Source: Armatimonadota bacterium (GTDB taxonomy: Bacteria; Armatimonadota; UBA5829; DTLH01). From it: a DNA stretch of 64,000 nt. The stretch spans positions 64,001 through 128,000 of the forward strand of contig JBDKUN010000062.1 of the NCBI GenBank assembly GCA_039679675.1, read 5' to 3'. The notes below the pieces were generated by a model. That model made no database searches. It had not been told where the DNA came from and saw only the letters and a program-made list of their open reading frames with translations. Both the position numbers and the translations under genes were made by a program. Positions 27,929 through 38,260 of the stretch are shown here, piece after piece (the first letter of the stretch is position 1; the number at the start of each line of letters is the position of its first letter).

Positions 27929-29605
27929 TTATGGAGTGACTCGCACCCGATATAGGTCTTTTGGCAGCTTGTCTTCCTGGCTGTTGTCGCGGACTGCGAG
28001 GAAAGTCAGCGTGTTGTTTTCATCAAAGGACATGTTCAAGACAGCCATAAACCTGCCGATTTCCTGCCCGTTAACGACTGCTAGTACCGGGTTTTTCCAA
28101 TCATCAACGTCTTTTATGCAGGCCATCTGAGTTCCATCCGCGCTGAAAGTTACATGAGAAGTGCCTGGCAGCTCCCTGCTGTCGACGACTGCTACTCTGT
28201 AGGAGGAGCCCGGTTTCTGGGCGGTATACGAGAGCTTGTTGCTGCCCGTAATAGCTATCGTTTCGTGGTCGATACCGGAATAAATCGGGCCTTCCACACC
28301 GTCTTTCACGACGAGCCAGTTGTCGCCTTCCTGCGCGGCGAATGCATAGTGTTTACCGTCCCGGCTAAGGACGGGAATGGGGTTCGCTATGTAGTCGTAG
28401 GCCCTGGAAGGAACGCCATCGACCACCATCCGGTATTTGTCATCATTTCTGGTGCAGTAGTACAGCTTGCCGTCCGGCCCGTATATCTGGAACGCGGTTG
28501 CGGTGTTTCCTCCGATTTCATCGTACGCCTTGCCGGGCTTGCCGTCCTCAACCAGGCAGTATTTTTCTTCTCCGCATTCGGCGATATACGAAAAATGCTT
28601 GCAGTCCGGGCTGAATGCGATGCTGAGGCTGAAAAGATCTTTGAATTTAGGCCCCGGTTTCCCATCGATCACCACGAACGTTATGGGATCGGAATTAGCA
28701 TCGTAGTTGGTAGCGACATAAGCCAGCCGCTTGCTGTCGGGGCTGAATGTGAATATGCCGTCCACTTCATCATACTTCGGACCGGGCTTGCCGTCCAGAA
28801 GAACGAACATTTTGCCGCCCTTTTGGACAGCGAGCGCAGTATGCTTGCCGTCTGGGCTGAACTCTACCCCTGCAATCTTCTCGTATTCCGCAGTTTCCTT
28901 GCCGTCGATGACAGCCACTTCCAGATTACAGCCTTTTACTACGACAAAAGCAAATCTCCCGCTGGTACCGAATATTCCGGGGCAGTACATTGTATCTATC
29001 TCACGAACCGGAGTTCTTGCGGTGAAATACGGATTAGTCAACTTTATGGGGGGGTAATTTCCGAGTTCCTTGCCGTCCAGGACAGGAATGCAGTTCTTGC
29101 CTCTGAAACCTACATAGCATGTATGCTTGCTGTCAGCTGAGAAATAGGGTTCTCTTACGCCGTCGAATGCGGCGCTTTCTTTGCCGTCAACGACCATCAC
29201 CCATTTATTGCCTTTTCTGGCTGCGTAGGCCAAACGGCTTCCATCCGGGCTGAATTCAAAATCCTGGCTCCTGAATGCGCCCTTCACGATGCCGCGCACC
29301 TGGTCGTATTCCGGGCCTTCCTTACCATCCAGCCACACACAGCATTTTCCGTCCATTTTGAAGGCTACTGTGCCTACATGCCGGTCGTAAGGCGACCTGG
29401 TGCATAAAGCGAAGTCAGTCGAAATATCGTGCTCGACTAACTCCTGCATATCCTGTCGCAGCCAGCCCTTGTAGGCATCCGGGGTAGTAAGCACGAAGAT
29501 GGGGATGGTCCCGAGTTTTTCCACCTGGACGTCAGCGGCGCAGGCCGGAATGATAAAGGCAAAAGCCATGAGGCATAAGGTGAGTTTCAGAAATGTTCTT
29601 TGCAA
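27929..29605 (-). CDS. Secreted WD40/TolB-like beta-propeller repeat protein
   Basis: Signal peptide; many repeats of FSPDGxxxAY...VVxDGKxGxxYD. Confidence 0.85.
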   Translation of the reverse strand: MQRTFLKLTLCLMAFAFIIPACAADVQVEKLGTIPIFVLTTPDAYKGWLRQDMQELVEHDISTDFALCTRSPYDRHVGTVAFKMDGKCCVWLDGKEGPEYDQVRGIVKGAFRSQDFEFSPDGSRLAYAARKGNKWVMVVDGKESAAFDGVREPYFSADSKHTCYVGFRGKNCIPVLDGKELGNYPPIKLTNPYFTARTPVREIDTMYCPGIFGTSGRFAFVVVKGCNLEVAVIDGKETAEYEKIAGVEFSPDGKHTALAVQKGGKMFVLLDGKPGPKYDEVDGIFTFSPDSKRLAYVATNYDANSDPITFVVIDGKPGPKFKDLFSLSIAFSPDCKHFSYIAECGEEKYCLVEDGKPGKAYDEIGGNTATAFQIYGPDGKLYYCTRNDDKYRMVVDGVPSRAYDYIANPIPVLSRDGKHYAFAAQEGDNWLVVKDGVEGPIYSGIDHETIAITGSNKLSYTAQKPGSSYRVAVVDSRELPGTSHVTFSADGTQMACIKDVDDWKNPVLAVVNGQEIGRFMAVLNMSFDENNTLTFLAVRDNSQEDKLPKDLYRVRVTP

Positions 29606-29637
29606 GGTTTGTACTCCGATTTAAGTCTTATAACCTC

Positions 29638-29665
29638 TTATCGGATAAATGCGCCGATTCCTTCA
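29638..29665 (-). promoter_or_regulatory. Sigma28-like promoter
   Basis: Minus strand TGAAG-N15-TCCGATAA about 30 nt upstream of the start. Confidence 0.45.
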
Positions 29666-29682
29666 CCGGCCAGAAGTATAGA

Positions 29683-29718
29683 AAACAGCCTCCGGTATCT
29701 TTCGACAACCGGAGGCTG
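29683..29718 (-). terminator. Terminator hairpin, copy 2
   Basis: Same hairpin as 27885..27920, downstream of the GH2 gene. Confidence 0.7.
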
Positions 29719-29736
29719 ACTATGGACAGCTAAAAA

Positions 29737-31686
29737 CTAGCTGTTATTATGCCAGATCGACTTGATGGCGAGCGCGGCGGGTTTCGGGTCGCCGTTGAAA
29801 TCGATTATCGACGTATTCGCGGCACAGGGAAAGCAATCGTGCCCCATCCAGAAGATCATTCCTCCGCAGCGCGGGAACCGGATCTTTGCGGACATGAGCG
29901 CGATGGTCAGGCACTTGGCCTGCCTTGCCTGGCTCCACTCCACGTATTCTTCCAGTGTCTCAGGCTTGTGGCCTTTTTCTTTGACGAACTGTTTTTCCTC
30001 GATCCACCAGTCTAGGTGCCTTCGCCAGATGGGGTTTGTGGCTACGGGAGGCATAACGTCATAATCGCCTACGGTGCTTCTGATGATCTCCGCAGAGCTT
30101 GCGCCTGGTGAGCCGGTCTCGGAGCGGAGAAGGGAATCGTCCGAGGTCCAGTAATCCAGCCATTCGGGCTCTATATCGCTTTCGCACTTCCATGGCCCGT
30201 GGATGTCCCAGTGTAGGCCTTTTCCGGCATTGGCTGCGTCAAATCCTGCTCTTGGGCCGCTCGGAGATGTTGGGGTGTATCTCCGTGTCGGGTCGAATTC
30301 CTCGACCACTTTTCCCAAACGTGCGATCATCGGGTGGCTCATATCCGCTGTTACCCATTCTTTGCTGTTCAGAAGCTCATTTCCGCCGCACCAGATGATG
30401 AGTGATGGGTGATGCTGTCTCCGTTCCACATAAGACTTGCCGATTTCGGCCATCTCGCTTATGGATTTCTCATCTTTGGGCGGTATACAGTCCATTGTAG
30501 AGGATGAGAGCGGGAACTCCTGCCATACCATCAGGCCGAGCTCATCACAGATGTCGTAAAACCACTCTTTTTCAAGAGAAGCGCCGCCCCACACGCGGAA
30601 AGTATTCGCACCGAGGTCTTTGTAGAGTTCCAGCCGCTTCCGGTAGTCCGCTTCGGTGAGATCGGCAAAGTTCGGGCGGATGGGAGTCCAGTTCGCGCCC
30701 TGCATGAATACCTTCTTGCCGTTTACAACGCAAATCCATGGGTCAGAATCAGGACATGAACCTTCGCACTGCTCCCATCTGATCTCTCTGAACCCTACGC
30801 GCTTCCCGGTAGAGTCGATTTCCTTGCCGCTTCCGTCCAGAAGCTGAAGTTTCAGCTCATAGAGCGGCTGTGAGCCTGCCAGGTTCGGCCACCAGAGTTC
30901 GACCGGGCTTGTATCGAGTGTAATTCCGGCTTCGTTGAAGGAAGCTGCAGGAACTGACTTCTCTGCAACTGCTTTTCCGCCCTTTGAAAGCGTTAGTTTT
31001 ACCGTTGCGCAGGAACAGGCGGTCACTTTACCCAGTGCTACGACTTTGCCTTTTGCGGCGGCCGCATCTGTCTCTGTCCAGCAGCGGAATGAGTCGATTT
31101 TCTTTCCGTCGGTGACTTCGAGGGAAATAGCATCCCAGATGCCGATCTGGACGAGCCGCGCGGTCCAGTCCCAGAAGTAGTTGAAGCGCGGTTTCCACTT
31201 GTCCATCTTGGAAGTGCATCCGAACTGGCCCAGCCAGCGCGGGGAGAGATCGAAGAATATCCGAAGCACGTTCCCGCTCGGTTCAAGCTGCTCTGTCAGG
31301 TCAAAGACATGCGGTACATGGGTCCCGCAGAAGTCGGACACGAGTTTGCCGTTCAGGTAGACTTCGCCGCAGTAGTCCAGTCCCCCGCAGTTAAGGATGA
31401 ATGTTTTACCGGGCTCGACCCATGCGTCGGGAATCTGCGTCTCATAAATCCAGTGGCGGTTTTCGACCCATTCGCACAGTCGGTAGTTGAGCCCGATGTT
31501 CCAGTCCGGGATTACTCCGGCCTCACGAAGGCTATATTGCACCGATCCCGGCACTTTGGCCGGTATGGCTGCTATTTCGGCTGAGTCCGATTCGCTGATG
31601 AGCTGATCGGTATTGGCTCGCCAAAGCTCCGGCACCCAGCCAGAAAGTTTCCAGTCCAGTTGAGATAAATCGTAAGTTTTCTTCAT
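29737..31686 (-). CDS. Glycoside hydrolase family 2 (beta-mannosidase-like)
   Basis: GANWTP, FRVWGG, CDELGLMVWQEF, WCGGNE, SETG. Confidence 0.88.
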   Translation of the reverse strand: MKKTYDLSQLDWKLSGWVPELWRANTDQLISESDSAEIAAIPAKVPGSVQYSLREAGVIPDWNIGLNYRLCEWVENRHWIYETQIPDAWVEPGKTFILNCGGLDYCGEVYLNGKLVSDFCGTHVPHVFDLTEQLEPSGNVLRIFFDLSPRWLGQFGCTSKMDKWKPRFNYFWDWTARLVQIGIWDAISLEVTDGKKIDSFRCWTETDAAAAKGKVVALGKVTACSCATVKLTLSKGGKAVAEKSVPAASFNEAGITLDTSPVELWWPNLAGSQPLYELKLQLLDGSGKEIDSTGKRVGFREIRWEQCEGSCPDSDPWICVVNGKKVFMQGANWTPIRPNFADLTEADYRKRLELYKDLGANTFRVWGGASLEKEWFYDICDELGLMVWQEFPLSSSTMDCIPPKDEKSISEMAEIGKSYVERRQHHPSLIIWCGGNELLNSKEWVTADMSHPMIARLGKVVEEFDPTRRYTPTSPSGPRAGFDAANAGKGLHWDIHGPWKCESDIEPEWLDYWTSDDSLLRSETGSPGASSAEIIRSTVGDYDVMPPVATNPIWRRHLDWWIEEKQFVKEKGHKPETLEEYVEWSQARQAKCLTIALMSAKIRFPRCGGMIFWMGHDCFPCAANTSIIDFNGDPKPAALAIKSIWHNNS

Positions 31687-31818
31687 TAAACTTCCTCTGT
31701 TACTACTGATAGCTTCATATTAGGCGATTTATGGCTGAGTGGCAAGAGTTTTGCTTGCTTCTAGCTTGTTTCCTGCGTTACCATACAACTGAAGAGTTCG
31801 TTTTATACCGGAGGAGCA

Positions 31819-32556
31819 ATGCAGTCATTAAAAGATAAAGTTACCATAGTCACCGGAGGGGGCAGGGGAATAGGCCGCGCAACGGCTGTTCTTCTGGCGA
31901 AAGAGGGCGCAAAGGTCGTCGTTACAGCGCGCACCATGAGTGAGATAGATAAAGTTGCGAAGGAAATCAAGGGTTTCGGCGGCTCTGCTTTAGCCATACA
32001 GGCTGATGTTACTGTAGAAGATGACATCAAGCGGCTCGTAAAAGAGACCGAAGCGGCCTTCGGCCCAGTAGATATTCTAGTAAATAATGCCGGGATGCTA
32101 GCGCTTTCGACCGTAGCCGAGACCTCAACGGAAATGTGGGACAAGATCATTTCAGTCAATCTGAGAGCGGTCTTTCTTGCCTGCCGTGAGGTGCTGCCGG
32201 GGATGATAGCGCGGAAATCCGGCAGGATTATCAATATCGGTTCTATGGCTGGAAGGCGCGGATATGCGGAGCAGGGAGCTTACTGTGCATCAAAGCACGG
32301 GCTTATCGGACTCTCCAAAGTTATGGCGCTTGAGACGCAGAAATACGGGATCAGAGTCAATGTGGTTGCTCCCGGAGGAGTGCTGACCGACCTCTCAAAT
32401 AACCTGCGGGCGTCACGTGGAGCTGCCGCAAAAGACAAGGATTGGATGTCCTCTGAAGAAGTTGCTATGGGTGTGCTTTATCTCTGCACCCAGACCGGGC
32501 CTGCTATGACTGATGAATTGGTCCTCAGACGGTATGAAAGCGATCCGTGGCGTTAG
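31819..32556 (+). CDS. SDR-family oxidoreductase
   Basis: TGGGRGIG, NNAG, YCASK. Confidence 0.93.
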   Translation: MQSLKDKVTIVTGGGRGIGRATAVLLAKEGAKVVVTARTMSEIDKVAKEIKGFGGSALAIQADVTVEDDIKRLVKETEAAFGPVDILVNNAGMLALSTVAETSTEMWDKIISVNLRAVFLACREVLPGMIARKSGRIINIGSMAGRRGYAEQGAYCASKHGLIGLSKVMALETQKYGIRVNVVAPGGVLTDLSNNLRASRGAAAKDKDWMSSEEVAMGVLYLCTQTGPAMTDELVLRRYESDPWR

Positions 32557-32582
32557 GATGCTCTTGCTGGAAGAGGTTCTGG

Positions 32583-34772
32583 ATGAGAAAGATGATCTTG
32601 GTTGTGTTTCTGTTTCTTCTTCTGGTGACTCAGACAGTCGCCGGAAGGCTTTCAGGCAAAGTCGCCGTATATAACGGCCGTCCGACTATATTTGTAAACG
32701 ATCAGCCGGTATACCCGATGCTCTATGCGCTGACCGAGGGCGGAAGGTTTACCTGGGAGGATGCTCCGAGCAGGCACACCTGGCAGTTCAGAGAGGCCGG
32801 GATAAACCTCGTTCAGATCGATACCTGGTTCAGGGACATCTGGCGCGTGGATAACACGCTCGATATGGATTTCGTCAAAAAGCAGATCGATGCAACCCTT
32901 GCCGTGTGCCCAGATGCCGCGATTATGATAAGGCTGCACGTTGACGCGCCAGGTTGGTGGATTGATGAGAACCCAAAAGAGTTGGTGGAATACTGCACCG
33001 GGACTTACGACAGCAATGACGATGCGCAGCGGGCCAAACGGCAGAGCCTTGCGAGCTTCAAATGGCGGAAAGATGCAACCGAGCGAGTAAAAGAGTTCTG
33101 CGACACCTTAAGCAGCTCACCGGAAGGCGACCGGGTAATCGGAATCCATCTTGCAGGTGGCGTATACGGGGAATGGCACTACTGGGGGTTCTTCAACGAG
33201 CCCGATACCGGCGCCGTAATGACTTCTTGCTTCCGAGATAAGCTCCGCGAAAAATACAAGACAGATCAGGCGCTCCAGGCTGCATGGAATGATGCGAAAG
33301 TGACTTTTGAGACTGCTTCTGTCCCGAACCTTGAGGAGAGGGCCAAGACCGAACACGGCGCCTTCCGCGATCCTCAAAAAGAGCAGAAGGTCATCGATTA
33401 TTATGAGTGTCAGCAAAAGATTGTTGCGGACGATGTCCTCTACTTCTGCAAAACTGTAAAAGAGTTCTGGCCGAGGCCGATCATCACCGGAGCCTTCTAC
33501 GGCTATTTCTTCTATATGAATGAAATGGCAGCTGGCGGGCATCTGGAGATGAAACAGGTCCTCAACTCGCCGTACATAGACTTTTTAAGTGCGCCTTTCG
33601 GCTATCTCGATTTTCAGCGGGTTGTCGGCGGGAGCGGCGAGTTCAGGCACCTTGCGGAGTCGATCAAACTGCACAACAAGCTCGCAATGCTCGAGTTCGA
33701 CCAGGGGACGCACCTCGGTGACGTGTTCGGAAGAAAACCTCCGGTCAATCCGGGGACCATTGAAGACTCCATGGCCGCTTTCAGAAGAAATGTCGGCCAA
33801 GTGTTCACTCGCGGGATCGGCATGTGGTGGTATGATTTCGGGCCGAAGGGCGATTCTGGTTGGTGGGATGATTCTGTTTATATGTCGGACATTGCCAGGC
33901 TGAAAAAGCTTGCCGATAAGCTGGAAACTAAGCAGTATAAGCCTGCAGCCGATGTTTTGTTCGTCTATGATACTTATGTCTTCTACTACCTCGGCCTTCC
34001 CAACCAGAAGACCGACACTATAAGCCTCGGAATCAATGAGATGTCGGATGATGTGCACCACGCAGGTATCGCGTTCGATACGATTGATCTTATGGACTTG
34101 GATAAGGTAAATCTCTCGCAGTACAAAGTCGTTGTCTTCGCCAACACGTGGCTTCTGGACGAGGCGAAGAGAAACTTTATCAAGAACAAGGTCGAAAAAG
34201 ACGGACGGACCGTCGTTTTCCTTTATGCACCGGGATATACCGACGGCAAAACGCTCGATATTAGCCGGATAAGCGCGCTTACCGGCATAAAAATCAAAGA
34301 AATCGAGCTTTCCGGCGCTCCGAAGATCGTCGTAGACGATAAATCGAAGTGGCTGCCCAAATGTGGGCTTTATTCGAGTATTTCAACGCAGTTTGGCCTA
34401 AAGGAACATCTATATCCGCTTTTCTCAATTGAAGATAAGGGCGCGCAGGCTGTCGGGTATTACAAAGGGACGGATTATGTGGCGCTTGCTCGGAAGAAGC
34501 TGCCTCACTGCACTGTTTGGTATTCGGGGCTCCTTCTCAGAGACCCGGATTTGATGCGTGAGATATTCCGAAGCGGCGGCGCTCACATCTATGACGAATG
34601 TAACGATGTAATATTCGCGGGCGGCGGACTTTTGGTCGTTCACACAAAGAATGGGGGGAAGCGAAAGCTGATGCTCCCGAACAGAAAGAGTTTTGAAACC
34701 AAACTGCAGTCGCCTTCGACAACGTATTTCGACATTAATACCGGAGAGATTGTTCTCGGGTATGTGCGGTAA
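32583..34772 (+). CDS. Secreted beta-galactosidase-like (GH42-related) protein
   Basis: Signal peptide from ATG 32583 (ORF track 32547), GVYGEW, C-terminal trimerisation-like domain. Confidence 0.65.
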   Translation: MRKMILVVFLFLLLVTQTVAGRLSGKVAVYNGRPTIFVNDQPVYPMLYALTEGGRFTWEDAPSRHTWQFREAGINLVQIDTWFRDIWRVDNTLDMDFVKKQIDATLAVCPDAAIMIRLHVDAPGWWIDENPKELVEYCTGTYDSNDDAQRAKRQSLASFKWRKDATERVKEFCDTLSSSPEGDRVIGIHLAGGVYGEWHYWGFFNEPDTGAVMTSCFRDKLREKYKTDQALQAAWNDAKVTFETASVPNLEERAKTEHGAFRDPQKEQKVIDYYECQQKIVADDVLYFCKTVKEFWPRPIITGAFYGYFFYMNEMAAGGHLEMKQVLNSPYIDFLSAPFGYLDFQRVVGGSGEFRHLAESIKLHNKLAMLEFDQGTHLGDVFGRKPPVNPGTIEDSMAAFRRNVGQVFTRGIGMWWYDFGPKGDSGWWDDSVYMSDIARLKKLADKLETKQYKPAADVLFVYDTYVFYYLGLPNQKTDTISLGINEMSDDVHHAGIAFDTIDLMDLDKVNLSQYKVVVFANTWLLDEAKRNFIKNKVEKDGRTVVFLYAPGYTDGKTLDISRISALTGIKIKEIELSGAPKIVVDDKSKWLPKCGLYSSISTQFGLKEHLYPLFSIEDKGAQAVGYYKGTDYVALARKKLPHCTVWYSGLLLRDPDLMREIFRSGGAHIYDECNDVIFAGGGLLVVHTKNGGKRKLMLPNRKSFETKLQSPSTTYFDINTGEIVLGYVR

Positions 34773-34838
34773 GGGAAACCGGCTATTGACGAAAATCTTT
34801 GCTGGGAGTTTTAGGTGGTTTTACCTCGTTATTAGAGG

Positions 34839-34929
34839 TCCCGCCTGGGGAGTAGGGGCGGCGCTGCCTCTCAGCCATGGGGCCTACTCGGCAAGAGGAC
34901 CGTCCGGACTCCCTACTCCCCAGGCGGGA
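34839..34929. ncRNA. Candidate structured RNA (19-bp closing stem with internal helices)
   Basis: TCCCGCCTGGGGAGTAGGG pairs perfectly with CCCTACTCCCCAGGCGGGA; inner CCTCT/AGAGG helix; family not recognised. Confidence 0.4.
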
Positions 34930-35033
34930 TTGTCACTACATCTTGATTATTAGCTCGATAAACAACCGGATAATGAAAATGCTGCTTAACATATACGTTA
35001 TCGACGGTTAGAAGGTGATTATTACTAGACCGT

Positions 35034-35061
35034 ATTATACCATAACGCACGTGAATGTCAA
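35034..35061 (-). promoter_or_regulatory. Consensus sigma70 promoter with no large downstream gene
   Basis: Minus strand TTGACA-N16-TATAAT with TG extension and AT-rich upstream tract. Confidence 0.7.
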
Positions 35062-35112
35062 TAAATATTAATTATAATAAAAATAAAATGAAGATTAGTG
35101 TCGCTGCTGGCG

Positions 35113-36261
35113 CTAGAAGTATATTACTTCAGTATCCTTGCCCATGAGCTGGAGCAGGTGCACGAGGCGTTCCACCACGGTCCTTCTGAGGAATATTGAG
35201 TCAGGTAATCCTGTGTTTTGATGGGCAGGGTTGCGGGCAGTGCCGACTATGAACTTTATACCATCGGCCGCAAGCAGTTGATCGAGGAGCGCCGTGGCTG
35301 CATCTTCTCGTCCATCCGGCTTCCCGGACTTCAGATATTCCGCCGCTCGGCTCAGGGTTAGCATTCCTTCCGTTACGAGGTCAATCCCGGCGATCTTTCC
35401 GGTCGGTGGGAGGTCAGTCTCAAGAAACCTGTCATCGAGCCGCAGTTCCTGGTTCAGATAATCGGCTACCAGGTGGGATGTAGTGCCCCCGCAGATGATC
35501 TTCGCACCGCTGCTTGTCAAAAACTCACGTATCATCTTCTGGACCTGTCCGCGCTCGCTTGGCGGGCCGGTGAGCACTGTGGCAAGCCTGGCTTTTCTGT
35601 ACTTCGCGCAGACGACGGTTCCATCGTCACCAGGCCGTCCGGCCCAGAAGTTGAGGGCGCGTTCTGCCACCTGTCCTGCCAGTTTGAACGGGTCGCTGCC
35701 GACCTCCGGTGCAATATCAGAGACATATTCGAGTATGCCTTCTTCTTGCCACCCCATTCTGAGCCCTTCGCCTACTCCTGCATAGACTATTCCATCGGAG
35801 TAAAGCATAAGAATATCGCCGGGGAACATCTTGAAGTATGATTCGCGGATCGTTTTATCGCATATAGTTCGCTCGGTGCTGGTTATCGGCCTTGGAGGGC
35901 TCCCCCGCCTGAGATAGATTGTTGTCGGTGAATCGTACTCGGCAACCGTGACATGCCCGGTATCGTAAATCCGCACAATACTGAAGGTGGAGTAGGCAAT
36001 ATTCCTCCACTTGCAGACCGGGAGAGTCGCAATAAGTGTTTCGATGATCTCGTGGAGCGAAAGGTCTCCCTGGAAGAGCCCTGATGCAAGCTCGACTGTA
36101 AGAGTCGCGAGCACATTGGCTTTTACTCCGCTTCCGAGCCCGTCTGACATCACTATGACGGTCGAATCCGGGGTATGCGTTACCTTTATGGCATCACCGC
36201 ATATGTCCTCGCCTTTCTTTGAGAACTGGCGAGTAGCTATATCTACTGCAAAACTTTTCAA
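35113..36261 (-). CDS. SpoIIE/PP2C-type Ser/Thr phosphatase associated with hydrogenase (HfsC-like)
   Basis: ICGD, SDGLGSGVKA, SDGI, DDGT, ICGGTT, VTEG. Confidence 0.88.
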   Translation of the reverse strand: MKSFAVDIATRQFSKKGEDICGDAIKVTHTPDSTVIVMSDGLGSGVKANVLATLTVELASGLFQGDLSLHEIIETLIATLPVCKWRNIAYSTFSIVRIYDTGHVTVAEYDSPTTIYLRRGSPPRPITSTERTICDKTIRESYFKMFPGDILMLYSDGIVYAGVGEGLRMGWQEEGILEYVSDIAPEVGSDPFKLAGQVAERALNFWAGRPGDDGTVVCAKYRKARLATVLTGPPSERGQVQKMIREFLTSSGAKIICGGTTSHLVADYLNQELRLDDRFLETDLPPTGKIAGIDLVTEGMLTLSRAAEYLKSGKPDGREDAATALLDQLLAADGIKFIVGTARNPAHQNTGLPDSIFLRRTVVERLVHLLQLMGKDTEVIYF

Positions 36262-37994
36262 TGCTCGCTGTGTCCGCTTTCTTCGGACTCTTTCATAAGC
36301 TCCGTAAGTTTTCTAAGTAAAACCCTGGTCTCGCTTGTGGTCTCTCCCAGGATACCGGCTATCTCCTGGGCCATCAGCATCTGCTTTTCGATGACTTTTT
36401 CGGCGTTTTCCAGCGTCTCCTGCCGGATGTGGTCCAGCCGCGAGAGACCTTCCGTCGATTTATCCACGCTGGAGAGGATGCCGACCACGAGGTCTTCATC
36501 CTCAAGCCGGTAGACATTAAGGCAGCCGCTTACATGATAGTTCGGATAAGAGACTGTCTTGTTCGTGACCCGGTCTACCGCTTTGGCGAGTACCTTTTCG
36601 AAATCGGCAGGGTCCATCAGTATTGAGAGCGGTTTTCCGACCAGTCCGGGAGTTGCCGAGAAGACTTGGGCAAACGCCGGGTTGAAATCTACGATCCTCA
36701 GGTTCAAATCGGCGATCACTATTGCATTCGGGCTCTCGTCGATGATCTGATCGGTCTTGCGTTCAGCCACTTTGCGCATCCATGGGATACACATCGCGTG
36801 CTCCGCCATCCCGGAAAGCACCGCTATAGCGTTCTCCCTGCATGTCGAGTAGCCGCAGGCTCCGCAGTTAAGCTCGTCGTCCATCGTGTGTTTTCCGGTC
36901 CGTGCCATAACGGTTTTGATCGCTTCCTCGCTGTATTCGGGCTGCTTTACCGGGCGTTCGCTTATTACGGACCGCAGATTGACTCCGTCCATCTCCGCGA
37001 GGATTGTCTCGTCATCCGATTTGAGCTGCATTCGCTTTTCATACTGAATGACCCGGTTTCTCCGCCGGAAAATATCGCGTGAGTTGCCGAAACATGCTCC
37101 GTTTATGCATCCTGCCGGGCAGAAAAGTGCCTCGAACAGCCTGATTGTGCTGCCGTTTTTGATGTTCTCAAGCATTTCATGCACAGGTTGGTTGCCTGAT
37201 ACTGCAGCGAAGTCCTGGCGCAGAAGGTTAGGCTGCATCGCCGCAGCGAGCGCAAGCCCTCCCTCAAGCGGGAAGAGCCTCGCATGAGAGGCCGCGATGT
37301 CGTCCATATCGCTGGCACGCAGTTGTTCCAGCTTGATGCTGTCGGATTCGATCCATGCACGCAGTTCTTCGAACGTCAGCACTACATCGACTGCCCCGGC
37401 AAGGTCGGGAAGTTCGGCTTCAGCCTTTTTTGCAGGACATGGGCCGATGAAAATGACTTTTGCGTCAGGGTATTTTTTCTTGAGATACCTGCCGTGCGCT
37501 ATCATCGGGGAAACGACCGGGGTGATTTGTCCTACAGCCCAGGTATAGTATTTCGTAATCAGGCTGACAAGGGCAGGGCATGCCGACGAGACATGAGTTT
37601 GTGGTTCCTCTTCGACAAGCTTTGCCGTTTCTTTCGCGACCATTTCGGCCCCGACCGCCGTTTCGGTCACCATATCGAACCCCAGTTCCTTGAGGATCGC
37701 CGGGAAAAGTCCGCCTCCATACTCAGGAAAAGCGGCTACATAAGAAGGAGCGACGGACGCGATAACGCGCCCGTCGCCCTTTATTATCTCTATTGCTTTT
37801 TTCAGGTCGCTGCGAACCTGCTTGGCACGCTGAGGGCATTCCCTCACACACGTGCCGCAGACGATGCATCTTTCCGCATCAACCTGAGCCTGCCCATCCG
37901 ATATTCGGATCGCTTTGACGGGACACACCCGAACGCAGCGATAGCAGTCCCTGCATCTTGCCTTAATGGTCGATATTATCCCTTGAGTCGACAT
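36258..37994 (-). CDS. hydS: Sensory group C [FeFe]-hydrogenase with PAS domain (HydS/HfsB-like)
   Basis: Two 4Fe-4S motifs, variant H-cluster motifs SSACPA / GPCPAKKAE / EALFCPAGCING, CGACGY..C FeS motif, C-terminal PAS. Confidence 0.88.
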   Translation of the reverse strand: MSTQGIISTIKARCRDCYRCVRVCPVKAIRISDGQAQVDAERCIVCGTCVRECPQRAKQVRSDLKKAIEIIKGDGRVIASVAPSYVAAFPEYGGGLFPAILKELGFDMVTETAVGAEMVAKETAKLVEEEPQTHVSSACPALVSLITKYYTWAVGQITPVVSPMIAHGRYLKKKYPDAKVIFIGPCPAKKAEAELPDLAGAVDVVLTFEELRAWIESDSIKLEQLRASDMDDIAASHARLFPLEGGLALAAAMQPNLLRQDFAAVSGNQPVHEMLENIKNGSTIRLFEALFCPAGCINGACFGNSRDIFRRRNRVIQYEKRMQLKSDDETILAEMDGVNLRSVISERPVKQPEYSEEAIKTVMARTGKHTMDDELNCGACGYSTCRENAIAVLSGMAEHAMCIPWMRKVAERKTDQIIDESPNAIVIADLNLRIVDFNPAFAQVFSATPGLVGKPLSILMDPADFEKVLAKAVDRVTNKTVSYPNYHVSGCLNVYRLEDEDLVVGILSSVDKSTEGLSRLDHIRQETLENAEKVIEKQMLMAQEIAGILGETTSETRVLLRKLTELMKESEESGHSEH

Positions 37995-38259
37995 CGGGCT
38001 TCACCTTAGGTAGAACGTATTTAATGAAGAAATCCTCAGCTTTGTCCGGCGTTATGCCGCCAAAGATGGCTCCATCTACTATTACGTTCGGCGCCTGCAT
38101 ACAGTTCTCCAGGCATAAGTCCGCCTCTAGATCCACCTGATCGGCAAGACCATGGGCTTCGATGAGCGATTTAAACACTTTGAGTGTTTTCGCTCCACCA
38201 CGTATATGGCAGGAACTCCCAACGCAGACCTTTAATTCAAGCACAGGCCAGGCCTCCAC
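37963..38259 (-). CDS. Thioredoxin-like [2Fe-2S] ferredoxin (HfsA-like)
   Basis: VCVGSSCH ... CLENC. Confidence 0.85.
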   Translation of the reverse strand: MEAWPVLELKVCVGSSCHIRGGAKTLKVFKSLIEAHGLADQVDLEADLCLENCMQAPNVIVDGAIFGGITPDKAEDFFIKYVLPKVKPDVDSRDNIDH

Positions 38260-38260
38260 T

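Noticed and set aside
34839..34929. Hairpin as SRP RNA, tRNA or 6S RNA
   Set aside because: Lacks the SRP domain IV motif with GNRA loop, shows no cloverleaf or T-loop, and is too short for 6S; kept only as an unclassified candidate
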